Part shown: positions 59,871 through 64,000 of the stretch, piece after piece | How positions within the stretch are numbered: position 1 is the stretch's first letter | How the letters are laid out: each line of letters opens with the position of its first letter | Made by a program: the position numbers and the translations under genes | DNA from: Acidobacteriota bacterium | Lineage (GTDB): Bacteria > Acidobacteriota > UBA6911 > RPQK01 > CBDFMZ01 | Length of the DNA: 64,000 bases | Reading direction: 5' to 3' | Assembly (NCBI GenBank): GCA_965249865.1 | Contig: CBDFMZ010000001.1 | Location: 40,202-104,201, forward strand | The notes under the pieces: model-generated | What the model was told of the DNA's origin: nothing | Databases searched by the model: none | The model's input: only the letters and a program-made list of their open reading frames with translations

Positions 59871-62365
59871 GTGAAGGTAGAACAGCTGACAGTGCTTCTT
59901 TTTACCTTCTCTATTGGGGTCGGCAGTCTTTCCACAAACGCTGTCCAAAATAGAAGGTGTTGAGCCCCAACCTTTGGTGGCACAGGCGGTGCGTTTAAAT
60001 GAAGCACTGCCTTTTCTGGGCAGTGGTTTGCAGGCCCAAGATGCCAGGGAAATCAGGGCGTTGAAAGATCTGGCTCCAACCGCCGAACTGGTGATGGGCA
60101 TTCAGGAGATTTTGGACCCGTACTGCCTCGCCATGGTCGAAATCAATCCTGAAGCCCGAGTCAAAGTCCTCCGTGGACCAGCCAGGGCCGAGCTCAGGGT
60201 GGCTGGAAGAGCTCCCTGATCAAGGTCAACAACCGGGCCCAGATTAATTCTAAGCTGGTTGTGGAAAGCCCGAACTCTAAGCCTCTGTTTCACATATCGA
60301 CCGGGGCCAAGCGGATGAAAAAACACAACGCGATCTCACCGGGAGAGGTGGCTAACCGATTTCTCGAACTGGCCCTATATCGACAACCTCCTCTTCACAA
60401 CACCCTTTCGGGCTTGGAGCTTGAATACACCGTTTTGCAAATCTATACACGGGACACAGGGAAACGAGAGGCAAAAATTAGCTTCCACGTGGGTCAGGGA
60501 ACTCAGGACATTGGTTTTCAGAATGCTGTCGATGTCCTGTTTGACTGCCTTCCCTCTGTACCAGTGATTTTCCGGGTAAAGGATCACGACGGCTCGCCCA
60601 CGACTGCCTCTTTTACCATCACAGACGGGATCGAGAGAATCGTTATCAGCCCAGGCCACAGTGCCGGTGGCTCCCACGTGACTAAAGGTGCCGGCCGACT
60701 AACTTGGCACGATCGGCACATTCTTCAAGACCAAAATTACCGTATGAACCTGGCCCTGGAACTTCCTTGGGTTGAAATCGGAGGAGGGCATACGCCGCTG
60801 AAAGTCAAGCACCTGGTGAGAATCTACCTCCTGCCCTCGCGGCGGCTGGCCAGCGATGGTCAATATCCCGACTTCTTCTTTCAAGCCCAAATTTACCGCT
60901 CCGACGGCGAGCACGTGAATCTTCCACCGGGTGTCTATGAAATCAAGTTTACGCGCGGTCCAGAGTATGTGCCTCAAACCAAGCGAGTTACGATTCCCAA
61001 AAACGTCAACCGAGATGAGGTTTCTTTTCAGCTTAAGCGATGGACCAATCTGGCCAAACTAGGTTGGCACAGCGCCGATCATCACGTGCACGCTGCCGGG
61101 TGCAGTCACTACGAGAGTCCTAAGGAAGGCGTTCAGCCCGAGCATATGTGGCGGCAGGCTTTGGGAGAAGATCTCAATGTCGCCTCTGTTCTGAACTGGG
61201 GACCGTGCTGGTACCATCAAAAGCAATTCTTCGAGGGCAAAGTTCATTCCCTGTCGACCGATAAGAATCTGATGAGGTATGACGTGGAGGTCTCTGGTTT
61301 TCCTTCTTCTCATTCCGGCCACCTCTGTCTTTTGAAGCTGAAGGTAGACGACTACCCGGGAACGACTCGGATCGAGTCTTGGTCCAGTTGGACCTTACCC
61401 ATTTTAAAGTGGGCTAAATCGCAAGGAGGTGTGGTCGGTTACGCTCACTCCGGCTGGGGACTTGAACCCATAAAGCCCACTTCGTACTTCCCCAACTTTA
61501 TCATGCCCAAGTTTGACGGCATCGGGGCCAATAAGTACATCGTTACTGTCACCCACGACGCGATAGACTTTTTCTCGACCGGAGACACTCCCCCCCCACC
61601 TGGGAACTCAACATGTGGTATCACACCCTCAATTCAGGTTTTCGAACCCACATCAGCGGGGAAACTGATTTTCCCTGTATTTTTGACGAACGGGTTGGCA
61701 TGGCCCCCACATATGCCAAGTTGGAAGGGAAATTAGATTTCGACTCCTACATCCAAAAAGTCAAACAGGGCCGAAGCTACGTGACAGAAGGAAGGTCTCA
61801 CCTGATCGATTTTTCCGTGAACGGCCTTGAGATGGGAACACACGACAGCGAACTTGCACTAGCATACCCACAAAAGGTCGTGATAGTGGCTAAAGCAGTT
61901 GCGTACTTACCCGAAAACCAGGACGAGATTGGGAAACTAATCGCGTCTCGACCTCAAGACCAACCACCTTACTGGCACCTTGAACGAGCTCGTATAGGCA
62001 AAAGTCGCCGGGTTTCTGTTGAACTGATTGTCAATGGACAGGCTGTCGAAAGGAGGAAAATTATGGCCGGCGGCGGGTGGACCGACATTGCTTTTCAATA
62101 TCCGATTCAGTACTCCAGCTGGGTGGCACTGAGAATACTTCCGAGCTCTCACACCAATCCTGTTTTCGTTGTGGTCGATGGTAAACCAGTTCGTCCTTCG
62201 AAGCGCAGTGCGGAATGGTGCCGTCAAGCAGTGGATCGCTGCTGGGAGATGAAGCATGCTGAAATCCGGACGAAGGAGCGGCCGGCAGCAAAGGCCGCCT
62301 ATGGCAAAGCTCGCCAGGTGTACGATCAGATCATTCGGGAATGCCCAGATACCATTCCGTGGTAG
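59871..62365 (+). pseudogene. CehA/McbA-family (PHP-like) secreted metallohydrolase with three frameshifts
   Basis: Collinear pieces: signal peptide from GTG 59871; IEGVEPQPL..INPEARVK; GWKS.LIKVNN...SADHHVHAAGCSHY...EDLNVA.VL.WGPC; WELNMWYHTLNSGF...SGETDFPCI. Shifts at the T5 run 59899-59903, about 60195, and the C8 run 61590-61597. Confidence 0.8.
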
Positions 62366-62562
62366 AAATGGATCAATGAAGTAAGATCGCAAAAAGTCGA
62401 TTCAAGTGGCGCGGCTTGCACCCGTCCTCGGTTACCCTGGTTAGATATTCCTTGAAACGCCTAAAACGCCCTTTACCTTGGATGTGCCATGACTTAGTTT
62501 TTCACTCTCGTTCAGGTTCTTTAATGCCCCTGCAGATTCCTCAAGAATCATGCAAAAAGTCC

Positions 62563-62591
62563 TTGACAACGTCTTATTGCACACCCAGAAT
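62563..62591 (+). promoter_or_regulatory. Sigma70-type promoter upstream of the IHF/HU gene
   Basis: TTGACA-17 nt-CAGAAT. Confidence 0.5.
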
Positions 62592-62740
62592 GACCCTGGG
62601 TTCCAACTGGTCCAACGATGACTCGGTGACGAGGTTGGCCGAAAGGCTAGCTAAGGTTATAAAGCCTTGATTCTAAAGATCAATTGGAGCCTTTTTACCT
62701 CCATCGGCACCCGCGGGGCTTTCTCCGTAGTAGGAAAACC

Positions 62741-63016
62741 ATGACTAAAGCGCACCTAGTGGACAACGTTGCTAAGAATTCCGGCTTAACCAAAAAAGAT
62801 GCTGAAGTTGTCGTCGAAACCGTTCTCGAAAGTATAGAAGAGGCCTTGAAGTCGGGTGAGAGAGTTGAGCTGAGAGGTTTCGGTAGTTTCCGGCTGCGCG
62901 AAAGGAAACCGCGAATAGGCCGCAACCCAAAGACTGGAGAAACGGTCCAGGTACCTGCCAAAAAAGTTCCCTATTTCAAGCTGGGCAAAAAACTGAGAGA
63001 GCTTATCAATTCCTGA
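62741..63016 (+). CDS. Integration host factor beta / HU family DNA-binding protein
   Basis: MTKAHLV..VA, VELRGFGSF, GRNPKTGE, VPYFK.GK.LRE. Confidence 0.95.
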   Translation: MTKAHLVDNVAKNSGLTKKDAEVVVETVLESIEEALKSGERVELRGFGSFRLRERKPRIGRNPKTGETVQVPAKKVPYFKLGKKLRELINS

Positions 63017-63419
63017 AGTGCCTGGAAAGCGGATACCCGAAATCCGGCGCCAAGTGGCCGTGACTTAGTCTTGATTTCGTAAATCCGGCCGCATCCATAC
63101 CCAGTTTCTCTTAGCCGAAAACAATTCAACTCCCAAGCTAGAGAACTCCGCCCGGAATAAATGGCCGAAGGTTCATCTACCTCTCCTGTTTTTTGACATT
63201 GGTGCTAAAGATCGTTCCGTCTACTCGGTTAGTAGCGCTTCTCCTTCTGAGCGGGTCACCTGTAACTGCTATCCGAAGGTAATTTTATCCCTTCTGAATC
63301 AAAGCTGAACAACCCTTTGCAACCGAGAGAAATTTGACTCAAAACTGAAGAGTTGATAGATTTCGATCATTCAGCGTGGAACAGCTAAAGGAACTCATAA
63401 TTGGAAGGTGATATGAGGA

Positions 63420-64000
63420 ATGTCGATGAAAGTGGATCCCGCTGAGCTCATGAAGGATTCGAAAAATCCGTCTGAAGAAGTGAAATTACCGCGGAGAGAT
63501 TCTAATTTGCTGCTCAAGTTCTTGTCAATCGGCGCTCTGGTTTTAAGTCTTGGAATCATTTTCTTTCTCATAGGGATGAACAAAGAATATGAGCTCCGAG
63601 GGAAGAATCTGAGCGATCAAGTTGCTGAGCTCAGGAGCATGTTAAGCCTAATTGGAGAACGACTAGATGAGGAGCACCAGTCCATTAGTTCTCTGAATGC
63701 AGATGTGGAATTAGTTCAGCAGCGTGTCGGTCTGACCCAAAACGAGATCAAAAGGGCGCGATCGGTGGCCGAACAGCTTCGCAAAGAAGCCGACCAGCTC
63801 CGGAAAGAACAGGAAAAAGACGTACTAGCGCTCACCAATCAACTTCTTCGCAAAGCGGATTCCCAAGAAGTGGTCACCCTGGACAAAAAGTCGGAGGTAA
63901 AGTTTCAGGAGATTGGTAAGCAGATTACGGAAGTTCAAGAAAAAGTGAAAACCAGTCGGAATGAGCTGGAAAAGACGTGGAAGGAGTTATCAGCGGTAGG
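63420..64000 (+). CDS. Membrane-anchored coiled-coil protein, partial (runs off the window)
   Basis: Manual translation from ATG 63420: one TM (FLSIGALVLSLGIIFFLIG) then a long heptad-rich helix; open to the edge. Confidence 0.7.
   Translation, partial: MSMKVDPAELMKDSKNPSEEVKLPRRDSNLLLKFLSIGALVLSLGIIFFLIGMNKEYELRGKNLSDQVAELRSMLSLIGERLDEEHQSISSLNADVELVQQRVGLTQNEIKRARSVAEQLRKEADQLRKEQEKDVLALTNQLLRKADSQEVVTLDKKSEVKFQEIGKQITEVQEKVKTSRNELEKTWKELSAV

Noticed and set aside
62612-62650. Hammerhead ribozyme (GATGA...GAAA)
   Set aside because: The core is CGATGA rather than CTGATGA, GAAA does not follow stem II, and no stem III/cleavage triplet can be built

Overview
Bacterial chromosomal window of about 50% GC, most likely from an Acidobacteriota genome. 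This is inferred from gene content (SpoIVB-S55/beta-propeller pair, DUF1549/1553-DUF1501 pair, carboxypeptidase-regulatory-like/TPR protein, Tes-like radical SAM), not from a marker-gene search. From left to right: (1) a catabolic cluster at 1-9.2 kb with two TIM-barrel sugar isomerases, a 3-hydroxyacid dehydrogenase, an SDR, AcoA/AcoB-like E1 subunits, an atypical M24 hydrolase and E2 but no E3; (2) tRNA-Gly(GCC); (3) a minus-strand run groES-groEL-ArnT-like GT-cysS-lat; (4) frameshifted purC, cvpA, a Fis-like HTH and smc; (5) an S55 peptidase plus beta-propeller pair; (6) a translationally coupled porin / FMN-binding protein / His-rich membrane protein / ApbE operon behind a 15/19 Fur box; (7) nfuA divergent from a tetraether-lipid-synthase (Tes/GDGT-MAS)-like radical SAM gene; (8) mixed housekeeping and hypothetical genes out to an IHF/HU gene. 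Many intergenic gaps are decayed genes (yraN, BtuF-like, VOC, two IS481 remnants, possibly cdaA). Three larger genes carry frameshifts (purC, a TPP enzyme, a CehA/McbA-like hydrolase). An unannotated diverged repeat occurs three times. No CRISPR array, rRNA, intact transposase or prophage was seen. All family assignments come from motif recognition by eye; no database search was run.
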